In this document: positions 32,001 to 43,090 of the stretch, in pieces
Layout of the letters: every line of letters starts with the position of its first letter
Position numbering within the stretch: the first letter of the stretch is position 1
DNA from: an uncultured Acidobacteriota bacterium
GTDB taxonomy: Bacteria; Acidobacteriota; Thermoanaerobaculia; Gp7-AA8
Length of the DNA: 64,000 nucleotides
Assembly: GCA_963741955.1 (NCBI GenBank)
Contig: CAVUKB010000004.1
Span: forward strand, 96,001 to 160,000
Reading direction: 5' to 3'
The notes under the pieces: model-generated
Database searches by the model: none
What the model saw: only the letters and a program-made list of their open reading frames with translations
Told to the model about the DNA's origin: nothing
Position numbers and translations under genes: made by a program

Positions 32001-35000
32001 CGCAAAGGCGTACTCGACGTCCTCACCCCGATCGGTGGGGGACTCCAGAAGGGGTCATGCCTCCAGCGGTGGGCGGGACTCATCGTGAACGACCCGGCGT
32101 CCGGATACCTCCTGAGCCGGTTTCAGGGCGTCAACGACGAATTCACGGAGAAACATCACCCGAACCCGTTCATTCGATTCAGCTCGGCCGACTATTTCGA
32201 CTGGACTGTCCAGGCAGAAGACAACACCATCGGACTTCGGGGATCGGAACCCGGCACGAACGTTCATCGTGAGTACGCGCTGGTCGCCGGTGGAGACTAC
32301 GGGCTCCTGGTGGTCGAGATCGGTGGCGATCCCCTCCCGAGCAAGGCTCCAGTGACTCATCCGCTCGATGCGGTGAACCTGGTCGACGACATCTGGTTCC
32401 CTGCAGGGGCCTATGCCGTTCGAGCGATTCCCGGTACCTCGATGGCCGCAGTCCTCGATGGGAAGCACCGGCTGCTGCTCGTCGACCTCTCGAGGATCGA
32501 CGAACGGTGGGACGAAGGCGTCGGGCCGAACGATTTCTTTCCCATCCCGGATGCGGCGATGAAGAACAAAGGTGGGCTCCCTGACGAGGTGGGTGTGGAC
32601 GACCCACGCATCATCTGGAAGTCGAAAGAGGACTTCATCGCTGGAAGCATTGCGCCGATCGTCGACCCGCGCACGGGCATCGTTTACGCGGGCGATTCCA
32701 CTGGCAAGAAGGTGAAGATCGGGTCAGTCCTCGATCCGCGGGTACGAGCACTCGCAGATCCCGATGGCACGGGACAACTGCGGGAGGTTGGCTCGGTCTT
32801 TGGCCTCGGAGTGAAGACCCTTCTCGCTCTTCCTTCGGTCGGTGGGCTCTCGGCGTTTCGATTCGAGGTCGATCTTCCCGGAGGCGTCGCTCAGTCGATC
32901 TCGGATCACAAACTCCACTTTGCCGTCGAAAGTGAGCGCCTCCCGGGTGTGGCCGAATTGCAGACCGCCGCTCCATGGCCGCTGTCGAGCCTCCGACTGA
33001 CTACACGTTCCGGTGAGGCGGAGCTGACCGGCAGGCAGACCGATATCGTTCTCGAGCAGGAGCTCACGAGCGGATTGACGCCGGAGGAGGTGGCGGAGCT
33101 CGCCCCGATCCTTCGAAAGCAGGAAGGATCCGCGCGATTCGTCTCGCCCTGGATCGTGGTCCTCGCAGATCCGCGTGCGAGCGAAACGGCGGCCCCACCC
33201 GTGGGCGGCCTTGCCGCTGCCGGATGTGAGAACTGCGTGCGGCCCGAGGCGCTTCGGAACAAGAGTCGAAGCGATGGCGTGTACGAGATCATGGCCACCG
33301 GCCCGCGGATTGCGATTCGTCCCGAGTGCGAGCTCGCCGCAGGATGCAACAACGTATTCGCGGGAACCCCGTACGAATATCTTGGCCAGAAGGGGAGACT
33401 CGAAGCGGTCCTCCAGACCACTCCCGCCGATACGATTCGCCCGACGGAAGCGCTCGTCGCCGCACAGAACCCTCCCGTCGCCGACGGGATGTTCCAGGAC
33501 GCGATCTATCTTCACAGTGGCGAGCTCGAGACTGTCTCGACGGACCTTGATGCGGGAGGTCGCGCTGGCTTCGAGGTCACGATCGATCGCTTCTACCGAT
33601 CGCGATCGATGGGAATGTCCCCGCTCGGCAATGGATGGGACTCGCCGCTGTACCGGCGTTTGCGGCAGCTTCCGGATGGGAGCGTCGAGTACCGCGACGG
33701 GGCGGATGTCTGGATCTTCAAGACCGGCGACGCCAGCACGGGAGTGGCGGACGTTCTCGCATCGATCGTTCGTCCGACTCTCGTCTACAAGTCACCGGCC
33801 GGACTCGATCTCAAGCTCGTCGCGAATCGCGACGGATGGGTCCTGATCGACCAGCAGTTCCGACTCACCCGATTCGACACGACCGGGCGCCTCGTCTCCG
33901 AGTCGGACGTGATGTACGACCCGAACAAGCCCGGGTCGGGCAACGTCATTCACTATCTCTATGATGACGAAGGTCGCCTCGCGCGCATCGTCGATCCTGT
34001 TGGGCGAGAAACGACGCTCACGTACTGGCACTACGGCGACGACCCGGCGAGGCGCTACCCCGGCCTTCTCGCGAAGGTCACCGACTGGCGTGGCCGTGAG
34101 GTCGAATACGACTACGATGCCGAAGGTCGCCTCACGGACGTTCGGCTCCCCGAAGCCGCCGCAGCGGACGGCGTTCCGTCGAAGTATTCCCATAGCCGGT
34201 GCGGCGCGCCCCGTGATCCACTACACGTACGACAAGACTCCCAGCCAGATCGCGTCGGGTCTCGATGCCCAGCACTCCCCGGAGGTCCTCGACTCGATGG
34301 AGTTCGTCGGAAATCTCGGCAGCGAAACGGATCCTGCCGAGGTCGCGTCCGGCGGCCCGCCGCGAGTGAGCTACACGTACGGCGCCGCTGGCGACGCGCT
34401 CACGCGCGACCGCATCTCGATCCAGCACTGGCCGTGCGGAAATCACGTCGGTGGTAGCTGCTCGAACCTCGACGCAACGCTGTCCTGGACCGCTTCGAAC
34501 GCGGTCAAAACGACCGATGTTCTCGGGCAGGTGCGGGAGTACACGCTGACCGATCCCGCGAAGTATGACGAAAAGGTTCACATCGGATCGATCAAAGCGT
34601 CCATACCAGCCATCGACTACTCGAACGGATTGCCGGAGGTAGCGCAACCTTCCCTGACACCCACCAGCGCCGACATTTCTATGAGTTACGAGTACGACGA
34701 CGCCGGAGAGATCCACATTGCCGACTCGTCCACGGGCCTCAAAACGCAACTCGACCACAAGGCGGCGAACAACGGGGCATCGGGCGAGCTGCTCTACGGA
34801 ATTGTTCAGATGGCACCGTCAATCGGTCAGTTAATCGCGAGCGTCGGTTACGACAATGTGCATCCGACCTCATCGAACGTGCTCTTTCAGATTGGGCGTC
34901 CGGATGCGGCGACAGGCAAGGATGTTTTTCGTGAACTTTCCATCGGCACACGCGATCGATCGAGCATCGAGCGCACCGATGCGGGAACGAAGAGCACCAC

Positions 35001-38000
35001 GAGCTTTGATGATGCCGGTCGTGTGAAAGAGATCAAGACGGTGGATGACCAGGGTACCGTCACTCAAGTCACGAAACTCACGCCGTGGGGCGATACCGAT
35101 GGCACCCTCGCCATTGCACGGGGCCGAAATCACGTGGTCGACTCCGGAAATGGGAGCGTCGTCACCGAGATCTCGTACCAGGATGGTCCCGGCCACGGAA
35201 TGATCGTCACCGCGACGGACCAGAAGAATTCCGCGGAGACGGTGACCTCGTATGACGCGGCCGACCGGCCCATCCACGTCGTCGTGACCGGGCCGAGCGG
35301 CACTCTGAAGGACGAGACGTACGGCTACGACGCGTCGGGACGACTCGCCTTCACGCGCCGCAAACAGAAGGGCGTCGGCAACGTCACCAGCGAAACGACC
35401 TTCGACGCGATGGGCAGGGTCGTCAAGACCACCCTCGACCAGACCTCGGTAGGTGGCTCGCTGCAGAATGTCTCCGCGAGCAGCAGCTATGACCTTTCCG
35501 GCCACACGATCCTGACCGAGCCCCTCCACGCAGGTTCCGCTCCGTACACGACGGAAACTCAGATCGACACACTCGGTCGAGTGGTCAAGCGCACCACGAA
35601 CGGCACAACGGACGGAAGCCTCATTTCGGTATTCGGCTACGACAAGCATGGGCAGCAGAGCTATGTCTCCGACACCGTGCGCACCGCAGAGATCCGGCAG
35701 TTCGACGATCTCGGACGGCAGATCGGCTCCGCCACATCCGATGGTCGGAAGACAATTACGACCTGGTCCGCCTGGAACGAGCCGCTCGAAACCACCGAAT
35801 ACGCCTCAGATGGTTCGATCTCCAGCCATGACAAGAACATCTTCACTTCTCATGGCCGCCTTCGTGCGACCAACGAGGCAATCGTCACGAATGGCGCTGC
35901 CCGGCAGTCCCGCTTCAGCTGGGATGATGGCGACAAGACTCACGGAACCTCGGTCGCACCGATCGCATCGATCGACACGATCAATCTCACCGGTCCGAAC
36001 CGTCGGGCGGAATCCGTAGTCGACGACGCCGGACGCACGATCGCGACGCGAATGGGGCTCGGTAACGGCATCGCGAAGTCCCTTCTTGATGACGGCTCCG
36101 TGATCTTCGGATCGAGCGATACGAACTACCTCGGTACCCTTCCCCTGAGCGTCACGACGAGAGAGCCACTGGCGGGAGCCCAGTACGCGACCACGACGTC
36201 CTATGATGTCCTGGGCCGCCCGATCGCCAGCACCCTGGCGGGCATCTACACGACGAAAACTGAATGGGACGAGGCCGGCGATGGCCTCAGCGTCACGCGC
36301 CCGGGGACGAGCCCCGAAAGTGCGACGTATGACTCCCGTGGCCTCGTTCTCACAAGGACCCTTCCCGACAACGAGACGCAGTCGTACCAGTACGACTCCC
36401 TCGGCGGCGTCACCACCTCCACCGACGAAGCCGGTGAGCCGACGATTTACACCCGCGATGACCTCGGGCGCGTGAAACTGATCCGCTATCCCGATGCCAC
36501 CACGGAGGAGACCCAGTACGAGCCGGTCACGGGCGCGGTTCTCGCGCACAAGAATCGCGCCGGCACCTGGCTCTCGTACGCCTACGACGCTGCGGGACGG
36601 GTGACGGAAGTGCACGAAGGCGAGGACCCTGCGAACGGAAAACTCCTCGAGAAGTACCAGTACGACGCCGCCGGACGTCTGCAATTCGCGAAGAATGCCG
36701 ACGCCTGGATCGAATACGCGGATTACGACCTGCTCGGCCGCCGGCACACCACGCGCAGCTACCGGCTCGCCGGCGATGGACTCGCGCTCACTGCGACGAC
36801 GCTCGACATCCACACGCAGAGACACGACTGGAACGTTTACGACGAGCGCTCGTCGTGGCACATGCCGGTCAACGGGTTCGAAGTTCCCAACGACGACCCG
36901 AATCTCCCGTGGCTCCAGACGATCGTCGAGACTCGGGATGCCGGATCGAATCTCGTCGGGCAGGCGAGACCTGACGGAACGCTTCTCACCGAGGCCACTC
37001 CCCGCGGCGCGGGGCGCGTCAAGGATCGCACGGTGCATCTTGCGGGAGGCTCGGTGGCCGTGACCTCGTTCGCATTCGAAGACGGCAATCCGGTTCCCCC
37101 CACCGGAGATGAGATCCCGGGTCTGTCGTGGCCAACCGGTCCGTCCACAGGGTTTCCTCTCGGCGACATCACCGAGTCGAATGGCACCGTGATCTCCGGA
37201 AGCCTCCTCGATCGCGATTCGGCCGCCCGGGTCGCGAAGATCGATCTCGCCGGGCTCGTCTCGCACGAATCGAGCTTCGGCTATGACGGTCGGGGACGCC
37301 TCCAGCAGTCGCTCCTCATTTGGCCCGACGGAAAACTTGATTCAGCACCGAAGACGATCGACACGTTCGTCCCTGCCGACTTCCTCACTCTCCACGAAGC
37401 TCCTTCGGCACTCTCTACAGCGCAGAACCAGAAGCTCGGGGAGAAGGCCTGGTCGATCGAGCCCGCAACCTGGAGCGCCTCGCGGCGGACCGGCGGACGG
37501 ATCGGAACGCTTACTCTTTCTCTGCCGGGTCTGAACGAAAGCGCCCGCACGTTCCAGTACACCGGCGGCCGCCGCACCTCCGACGGAGTCTGGACTTACA
37601 CGTGGGACGATTTCGAGCGGCTCACCGCGATGGAGAACCCCTCCACCTCGCGCCGTATCGAGTTCCGGTACGACACGAGCGGCCGCGTCATTTCCCGTAC
37701 CGCGTATCGGATCGGCGGCACGGAGCCGCTCCTCGAAGACCGTGGGGACATTCTCGCGAAAGACGGGCTTCCGGCCGACACGACGTTCGTCTGGGATCCG
37801 ATCGCCGACCGTCTCGTGGCCATCTTCGAAGGGCGCCAGACACTGGTCCCCGGCGGCCCGAAACCGTACGACGGTCTCCTCCGCCAGATGCTCCATGGCG
37901 ACCAGGGGTACGACGATCCGGTCGAGGTCCTCAAACGCGTCGGCGGCAGCTCGTCGTACCCCGAGGTCGAGCACTTCTATCCGGTGGTCGACCACTCGGG

Positions 38001-39645
38001 GACCGGATCCCTCCAGGCGGTGCTCGGCGCGGACGGCAATCTCATCGAGCGCGTCCTCTACGGCAGCGCCTGGGGAGCGAAGCCGAAGTACCTCCAGGGA
38101 CCGATGGTCGAGAACGCGAAGCTCGAAGCAGAGAAGGACGGGAGCGGGAATCTGAGGAAGGTCACCGCCGAGATCCGGCTGACCGAGAAGATCGCCGAGA
38201 GCTCGCTCCCGGGCATGGGGATCCATCTTCTGAAAGCCGACGGGAGCGAAGCTGCGCCGCCCACCGGCTCGCTGACGCTCGACTCGAAGAGGCCGAACGT
38301 CCTGGTCTGGAGCGTGAGCGGAGCCGAGTGGCAGTCGTGGACGAGTGCGAGCGGGGCAGCGACGCTCGAGATCGCCGTCACGGACCAGCTCCGTGCCGAA
38401 GGATGGGGCGACACGCCGGTGATGCCCGCTCCGGAGTGGGCGACGACGCTATATGGTGTAAAATCGAGTGCATCACGACCGTGGCAGCGTCGCGAATCGC
38501 TCGCGACGCTCGCCACCGAGCTCTTTGACAAGACCGCGGCCGGTGCGACCCGCGACCGGGAGATCTACGACATCCCGGATCTCTATCTCGCCGCCTCGCC
38601 CGACTCAAAGACGCAGCTCCTGACCGGGTTCAAAGCCTATCCCTTCACCGAACCCGCCTCCGGGATGGTGTACGTCCGCGCCCGCTGGTACGACCCGGAG
38701 ACCGGAACGTGGCTCTCCCCCGATCCGCTCGGCTACCGCGACTCCTCGAACCTCTACGCGTTCGCGGGCGGGGACCCGGTGAATGAGACAGATCCGACGG
38801 GTCTTGCTCTGTACGCTTTCGATGGGACGTGGAACGACCGCACCAAGATGCAAGGGCATGAGACGAACTCTGCAAAGCTGTTCGATGTGTACGGCGGTCC
38901 AAACAAACAGTACGAAGTCGGGGTCGGGAACAAGTGGTATTCGTCGTGGGTCGGCGGGGCTACCGGGTTAGGAGGGCGTGCTCGGCTGAACGAGGCTTAC
39001 AAAGCTCTCGAAGAGTTTTACAATAGCGGCGATCATGATATCGATATCATCGGATTCAGCAGGGGCGCGGCCGAGGCGCGTGAGTTTGCGAATCTGATCA
39101 ACGAACGCGGCGTTTACAACCGGGCGACCGGGAAGGTCGACCACCCGCCGGTTCGCTTCCTCGGGGTGTTCGATACGGTTGCTTCATTTGGCATTCCGGG
39201 GAATGACATCAATCTCGGTTACAACTTGAAGGTTGCGCCGAACGTCCAAACGGCCCGGCAGGCGATCGCCGCCAATGAGTACCGCGGTACATTCCCGTTA
39301 TCGCGCCTAGAGAATCCGAAATGCCCTGACCCGCGCGTTGAGGAGCAGCCCTTTCCGGGCTCACACTCTGACGTTGGCGGCGGATACGAAGATAACCAGC
39401 ACCTTTCTCGCGAAGCATTGAAATGGATGTGGGCGCAGATGAAAGCGGCTGGTTTGCCGGTTGATGAGCTTTCAGAGGAGGATCTCAACGACACTGATCC
39501 TGCCAAGGTCCATAAGTCGTATCGAAGCTGGATGTCGATTCCGACTTGGGTCAGGGTCGCGTGGGCTCATCACCAACGCCGGAAGCCGAGCCGAAAGACA
39601 TATTACCCACCCTGCACGCAACCGAGGTTGGAGGCAGGACGCTGA
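17049..39645 (+). CDS. rhs: Giant (~7500 codon) exported Rhs/YD polymorphic toxin: signal peptide, lectin-like domain, Ig repeats, SbsA/Big_5, carboxypeptidase-regulatory-like, beta-propeller, DUF6531-like, YD shell, Rhs core, DUF2235 toxin. Split into ORFs 16476-24809, 23648-25234 (3' part), 24900-25778, 25995-34457 and 33961-39645.
   Basis: Signal-like LLLFFALLPALPLFA|QS near 17920-17970; continuous domain logic across apparent +/-1 shifts near 24690, 24885, 24925, 24990, 25640-25760, 25845 and 34197; RARWYDP..G.WLSPDP.G......NLY.F...DPVN..DPTG core. An alternative start exists at 17769. Confidence 0.75.
17157..17531 (-). CDS. DUF5615 PIN-like toxin (VapC45-like), antisense within the giant gene's 5' extension
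   Basis: MKLLID.NL.P....L...G....H........D.EI...A......VVTRDLDF...GARARLLPL. Confidence 0.9.
   Translation of the reverse strand: MKLLIDFNLAPSLARKLSTRGIESVHWMSIGEPTAADSEILERARRQGWVVVTRDLDFSDLLALSSQRLPTVIQIRMVDVLNEELVAMILALVESHAEAIQAGCLISVDERGARARLLPLRSPE
17528..17770 (-). CDS. DUF433 antitoxin
   Basis: RITRDPAVMGGKPCIRGMRVTV..IL..LA.G....EIL..YPYLE..DIR.AL.Y; GGAGG RBS. Confidence 0.92.
   Translation of the reverse strand: MHRLTRITRDPAVMGGKPCIRGMRVTVGTILGLLASGRTAEEILSEYPYLEEADIREALAYGAWRSSEAEVEIGKAADPQ
21916..21999 (+). repeat. Palindromic element CCCCTCTCCCCG-N33-CGGGGAGAGGGG-TCAGGGGTGAGGGG, copy 1 (in frame)
   Basis: 12-bp perfect stem; encodes SPLPV...GRGVRGEGQLRA. Confidence 0.85.
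23248..23622 (+). CDS. Four-helix-bundle protein (TIGR02436 / 23S rRNA-IVS protein, Avd-like fold) nested in the +1 frame of the giant gene
   Basis: YRDLKAWQ.GM......Y..T..FP..EQYGLT.QI.KAAVSVPSNIAEG.AR....F..HL.I.RGSL.ELETQL; GGGAGAG RBS. Confidence 0.93.
   Translation: MSFDYRDLKAWQLGMQMARRVYEITRDFPKREQYGLTQQIQKAAVSVPSNIAEGHARDSTADFLRHLSISRGSLAELETQLILAKAFGYLPLQSLEELMKVSDELSRTLRGLQKSLRRRLEKKP
23926..24133 (+). repeat. 99-bp tandem duplication, each unit ending in (TCGCCTC)4
   Basis: Units start at 23926 and 24025; encodes ASSSTRTVTLAASSTSAVSAHPVSSLASRLSPL twice. Confidence 0.9.
25260..25286. repeat. REP-like hairpin GAGCAAGCT-NAT-AGCTTGCTC (also at 25977-26003 and 27309-27329; degenerate near 27700)
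   Basis: 9-12-bp stems with a 3-nt loop; the three full copies encode ARGE(Q/R)A(H/Y)SLL. Confidence 0.8.
25330..25413 (+). repeat. Palindromic GRGVRGEG element, copy 2
   Basis: Same stem and tail as 21916-21999. Confidence 0.85.
25635..25758 (+). repeat. Three 48-bp-period units, each with a 4x heptamer tract
   Basis: GAGCCCC(GAGCCTC)3 at 25635, 25683 and 25731. Confidence 0.9.
26945..27095. repeat. Inverted heptamer tracts forming a 30-bp stem with a ~91-nt loop
   Basis: 26945-26974 vs reverse complement of 27066-27095: 28/30. Confidence 0.85.
27627..27907. repeat. Inverted heptamer tracts (~31-bp stem) enclosing palindromic element copy 3 (27766-27849)
   Basis: (GAGGCGA)4 pairs with TCGCCTC/TCGTCTC x4; the mismatches are G-U compatible. 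Confidence 0.85.
28697..29286. mobile_element. IVS-like cassette: 34-bp inverted (GGGGTCA)4/(TGACCCC)4 arms enclosing a four-helix-bundle gene
   Basis: 28697-28730 vs reverse complement of 29253-29286: 31/34. A second TGACCCC tract lies at 28812-28839. Mobility is inferred, not shown. Confidence 0.7.
28879..29244 (+). CDS. Second four-helix-bundle protein (TIGR02436-like), nested in the +1 frame of the giant gene
   Basis: MKIQTYRDLVVWQ.SM.LA......FP.EE.FGL.AQV.RAAVSVPSNIAEG.AR....Y..HL.IA.GSL.EVETQL; GAAAGG RBS. Confidence 0.93.
   Translation: MKIQTYRDLVVWQESMQLAKQVVLIARRFPREELFGLSAQVKRAAVSVPSNIAEGHARDSTKEYLHHLSIAHGSLAEVETQLLLAKDLGWGDSSSIEGALQQSDSLGRKLHALRRSLRSRR
38804..39645 (+). other. 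C-terminal toxin domain: DUF2235 / Tle1-like alpha-beta hydrolase (phospholipase)
   Basis: After DPTG: FDGTWN, IIGFSRGAA, FLGVFDTVAS, FPGSHSDVGGGY. Confidence 0.9.
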
Positions 39646-39653
39646 GGGAGATC

Positions 39654-40007
39654 ATGAGAACTTTAGGGCTGATGCTGACGATGGTACTGATCACCTGCGC
39701 ATCGACGCCGACGTACAACGTCGTTTTGCGGAATGCGACGGCCGAAAAGATTACCGGCGCCCACGTCTCGTACGCCGGTTTCCGATCAGTTGGAGGGGTG
39801 CTCGTCCCGGGTGCGATGGCACGGCAAGCACTGGTTCAGAAACCTGTACCTCAAAAAGCGAAAGTTGAATGGAGAACAGCAGACGGGCAATTGCACGTCA
39901 AAGAAGTCGCTGTGAAGACAGCAATCCCCGAACGGTTTTCCGGGGACATCACATTCGAAATCTTGGATCACGAACAGGTACGTGTCTCGGCTCAGGGCGG
40001 CGGTTGA
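39654..40007 (+). CDS. Putative lipoprotein immunity protein for the lipase toxin
   Basis: GGGAG RBS; short hydrophobic leader ending LITC; immediately downstream of the toxin. Confidence 0.7.
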   Translation: MRTLGLMLTMVLITCASTPTYNVVLRNATAEKITGAHVSYAGFRSVGGVLVPGAMARQALVQKPVPQKAKVEWRTADGQLHVKEVAVKTAIPERFSGDITFEILDHEQVRVSAQGGG

Positions 40008-40532
40008 GTGGGATAAGATCGCGTCTCGCAGTAGCGGGACCGGGTGCCTGGAAGAGGGTGTCGTGGCTGCGCCGGGAGAGAAGAGGGGTCACAGCTTCCC
40101 TTCTATACAGTTCCAAGGCAGCGTCAGCGTTAGGAGTGGCTCATGGAGCTTGCTCGCATCTATCTTTCGATCCAATGATCGGAAGATCGGGGCCAGGCCT
40201 TGGATTCTCGGGAGAAATGGGGTCACAGCTTCGCTTCTCGGTCCGATCCTTCAGATTTGCGGTCCGACGCAATACTGATGGGTGGCTGTTGGCCGGTCGC
40301 GGGACCGTTGGGAAGGAAGAGGGTCAGGGGGCTTCGCTCGTCGGTCAAGTCGATCGGAAGAGGTGGGTGGCGAGATGCGTGACGGTCCGAGTCGCGTCCG
40401 ACCTGCACCCGACGTGCGAAAGACAGGCGACTTGCGCTGGTTTTCGCGCAACGACCGGGATTTCGGCCGATCTCGGACAGAGCTCCGCCACGTCGATTCA
40501 GATCGATCTTCGGTTTTCGGGAGGCGGAGCCC

Positions 40533-40628
40533 GCCTCAGAACGGTGGTGGGCCGACTGAGTCGCGGATGATATCCGGGGGCGGAAGCATCGGCCAGATCG
40601 GAAGCGGACGCGCCGGAGGGGAGTCCGG
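40533..40628 (-). pseudogene. Second copy of the 3' tip of the RAYT-like gene remnant
   Basis: Near-identical to 47679-47775. Confidence 0.6.
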
Positions 40629-40940
40629 AAAATGAAGAAAATGAAGGGTCAGGCCTGCGTCTCTCGCTTATTCCTCTAAGTAACCGAATATACGCGAGTT
40701 ACTCGTCTGTTTGTCGCGCGACGGGACTTGATGCGGCCCTTTCGCGGCGTTGTTGAGTTCTCGGATGTTCATCCACTGCTCCTGTTCGATCACTTGATTC
40801 CTCCGCCCTCCGGCTCGCTCCGCTCGCCTCCGGACGGAGGAATCATCACCCAGCACGGTTCTCCCCGGCGGAGCCCCTTCCCCTCAGGTGGTCAACTTTT
40901 ACTTCTTCGCAGTGTGTCACTTTTACATCTTCATCGACAC

Positions 40941-42812
40941 GCGATCTTCGAAGGGCGCCAGACGCTGGTCCCCGGCGGCCCGAAACCCTACGACGGTCTC
41001 CTTCGCCAGATGCTCCACGGCGACCATGGATACGACGATCCGGTCGAGGTCCTCAAACGCGTCGGCGGCAGCTCGGCGGCCCCGGAAGTCGAGCACCTCT
41101 ATCCGGTGGTCGACCACTCGGGGACCGGCTCCCTCCAGGCGGTCCTCGGCGCGGACGGCAACCTGATCGAGCGCGTCCTCTACGGCAGCGCCTGGGGAGC
41201 GAAGCCGAAGTACCTTCAGGGACCGCTCGTCGAGAACGCGAAGCTCGAAGCAGAGAAGGACGGGAGCGGGAATCTGAGGAAGGTCACCGCCGAGATCCGG
41301 CTGACCGAGAAGATCGCCGAGAGCTCGCTCCCGGGCATGGGGATCCATCTTCTGAAAGCCGACGGGAGCGAAGCTTCGCCGCCCACCGGCTCGCTGACGC
41401 TCGACTCGAAGAGGCCGAACGTCCTGGTCTGGAGCGTGAGCGGAGCCGAGTGGCAGTCGTGGACGAGTGCGAGCGGCGCGGCGACGCTCGAGATCGCCGT
41501 CACGGACCAGCTCCGCGCGGAAGGGTGGGGGGAAACGCCGGTCATGCCGGCCCCCGAGTGGGCAACAACGCTCTATGGTGTAAAATCGAGTGCATCACGA
41601 CCGTGGCAGCGTCGCGAGTCCCTCGCAACGCTCGCCACCGAGCTCTTTGACAAGACCGCGGCCGGCGCGACCCGCGACCGGGAGATCTACGCCATCCCTG
41701 ATCTCTACCTCGCCGCCTCGCCCGACTCGAAGACGCAGCTCCTCACCGGCTTCCAGTCCGCTCCCTATGTGGAGCCTGCGAACGGAATGGCGCAATTCCG
41801 CGCGAGATGGTACGACCCCGAGACCGGGACGTGGCTTTCCCCTGATCCACTCGGCTACGGAGCGTCCGGGTCCAATCTCTATAGCTACGCTCACGCGGAC
41901 CCGGTGAACGGTAGAGATCCGACCGGTGAGCTGTGCGAGACGAGCAACGCATCGGGCGTGTTCAACTGGCTGCAGCGATGCGGCGAAGACATGTTCAACG
42001 TGCAGCAGGACTTCAGCGAAGGCATCCTGCTGCACCCGTTGAAGACCGGCGGTCGCGCAGTCGCCGGTGTGGTCGGCACGGGGAAGATGATCGGAAAAGC
42101 GGCCATCGGTATCACAGCGATGGTTGTCGATCAGCAGCTCGCGCGAACGGGCGACGTGAACGCGATGATGCGCCAAGGCCAGCGCGTCATGGCGATGGGC
42201 AACGCGCTACGGCATCCGATCGACACGGTGGTCAAAGCGCATACCGACATGGCGGAGAACGTACTCGCTCACGAACAGAAGGGCGAGTGGTTCCAAGCGT
42301 CAATCGAAGCCGGCGAAACCGGTGCGGCCGATGCGGCGGCGATAGCTGGCGCGACGGAGATCGGTATCAGTCTTGGACGCTTCGGCACGCGATTACTGAC
42401 GCGCACGGCCGCGATTGAGTCAGGCGCTGCAGGCGGTACGGCAGCGGGCGCCGAAGCCGCGGCCGGTCCGACAGGCGACATATACAGCGTTATGTATCAA
42501 ACGGAACTGAGGAGCACGTCGTATCCCGGTTTGTCACGCGCAGCGCACTTCCAGGAGGCGAATGAAGCCCTGCTTACAACGATGGAAGCAAACCCGGAGT
42601 TCGCGACCGCATTGCGGCAGGCGGGCGTTAATCTTGAGCGAACACCGACAGGCCTTGCGCCTCGGACTTCACCTCAAGGTTGGACCTGGCACCACGCACA
42701 GCAGCCTGGTGTCATGCAGCTCGTGCCGCGGCTGCAACACACGGCAGGCAGTATCTTCTGGGACGCTTTCCATCCAGGAGGTATCGGCGGCTTCGCAATT
42801 TGGGGGAGATGA
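40941..42812 (+). CDS. Orphan Rhs cassette (core type A) with WHH HNH/EndoVII nuclease CT
   Basis: Homology to the main gene starts at AIFEGRQ; DPVN..DPTG; HF..AN..L and GWTWHH....G.MQLV....H. Confidence 0.85.
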   Translation, partial: AIFEGRQTLVPGGPKPYDGLLRQMLHGDHGYDDPVEVLKRVGGSSAAPEVEHLYPVVDHSGTGSLQAVLGADGNLIERVLYGSAWGAKPKYLQGPLVENAKLEAEKDGSGNLRKVTAEIRLTEKIAESSLPGMGIHLLKADGSEASPPTGSLTLDSKRPNVLVWSVSGAEWQSWTSASGAATLEIAVTDQLRAEGWGETPVMPAPEWATTLYGVKSSASRPWQRRESLATLATELFDKTAAGATRDREIYAIPDLYLAASPDSKTQLLTGFQSAPYVEPANGMAQFRARWYDPETGTWLSPDPLGYGASGSNLYSYAHADPVNGRDPTGELCETSNASGVFNWLQRCGEDMFNVQQDFSEGILLHPLKTGGRAVAGVVGTGKMIGKAAIGITAMVVDQQLARTGDVNAMMRQGQRVMAMGNALRHPIDTVVKAHTDMAENVLAHEQKGEWFQASIEAGETGAADAAAIAGATEIGISLGRFGTRLLTRTAAIESGAAGGTAAGAEAAAGPTGDIYSVMYQTELRSTSYPGLSRAAHFQEANEALLTTMEANPEFATALRQAGVNLERTPTGLAPRTSPQGWTWHHAQQPGVMQLVPRLQHTAGSIFWDAFHPGGIGGFAIWGR

Positions 42813-43090
42813 TGACGCTGCTGGAGGTGACGGGGAGTCTCGCTTCGCTCGACGATGCAAGCACGATCTATGCGGCCGAGCCGTGGACGCCGGAGTCGGC
42901 CGCGGTGGTTGCCGCAGAGCCTCTCGGCGGCGGCGTGCCTGCAGAGGCCGGGCACCTTGGGTGCAAGTACTTTCTCGAGGTCGTGATCGCGCGCGAATTT
43001 CTGGATGGATGGAAGATCCATTTCGCCGGCACACCGACTATAGCCCAACAGTGCGAACGATTGATCCAGTACGCAGTCACCGACGCTTAA
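42809..43090 (+). CDS. Putative immunity protein
   Basis: ATGA overlap with the toxin stop; 93 aa. Confidence 0.7.
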   Translation: MMTLLEVTGSLASLDDASTIYAAEPWTPESAAVVAAEPLGGGVPAEAGHLGCKYFLEVVIAREFLDGWKIHFAGTPTIAQQCERLIQYAVTDA

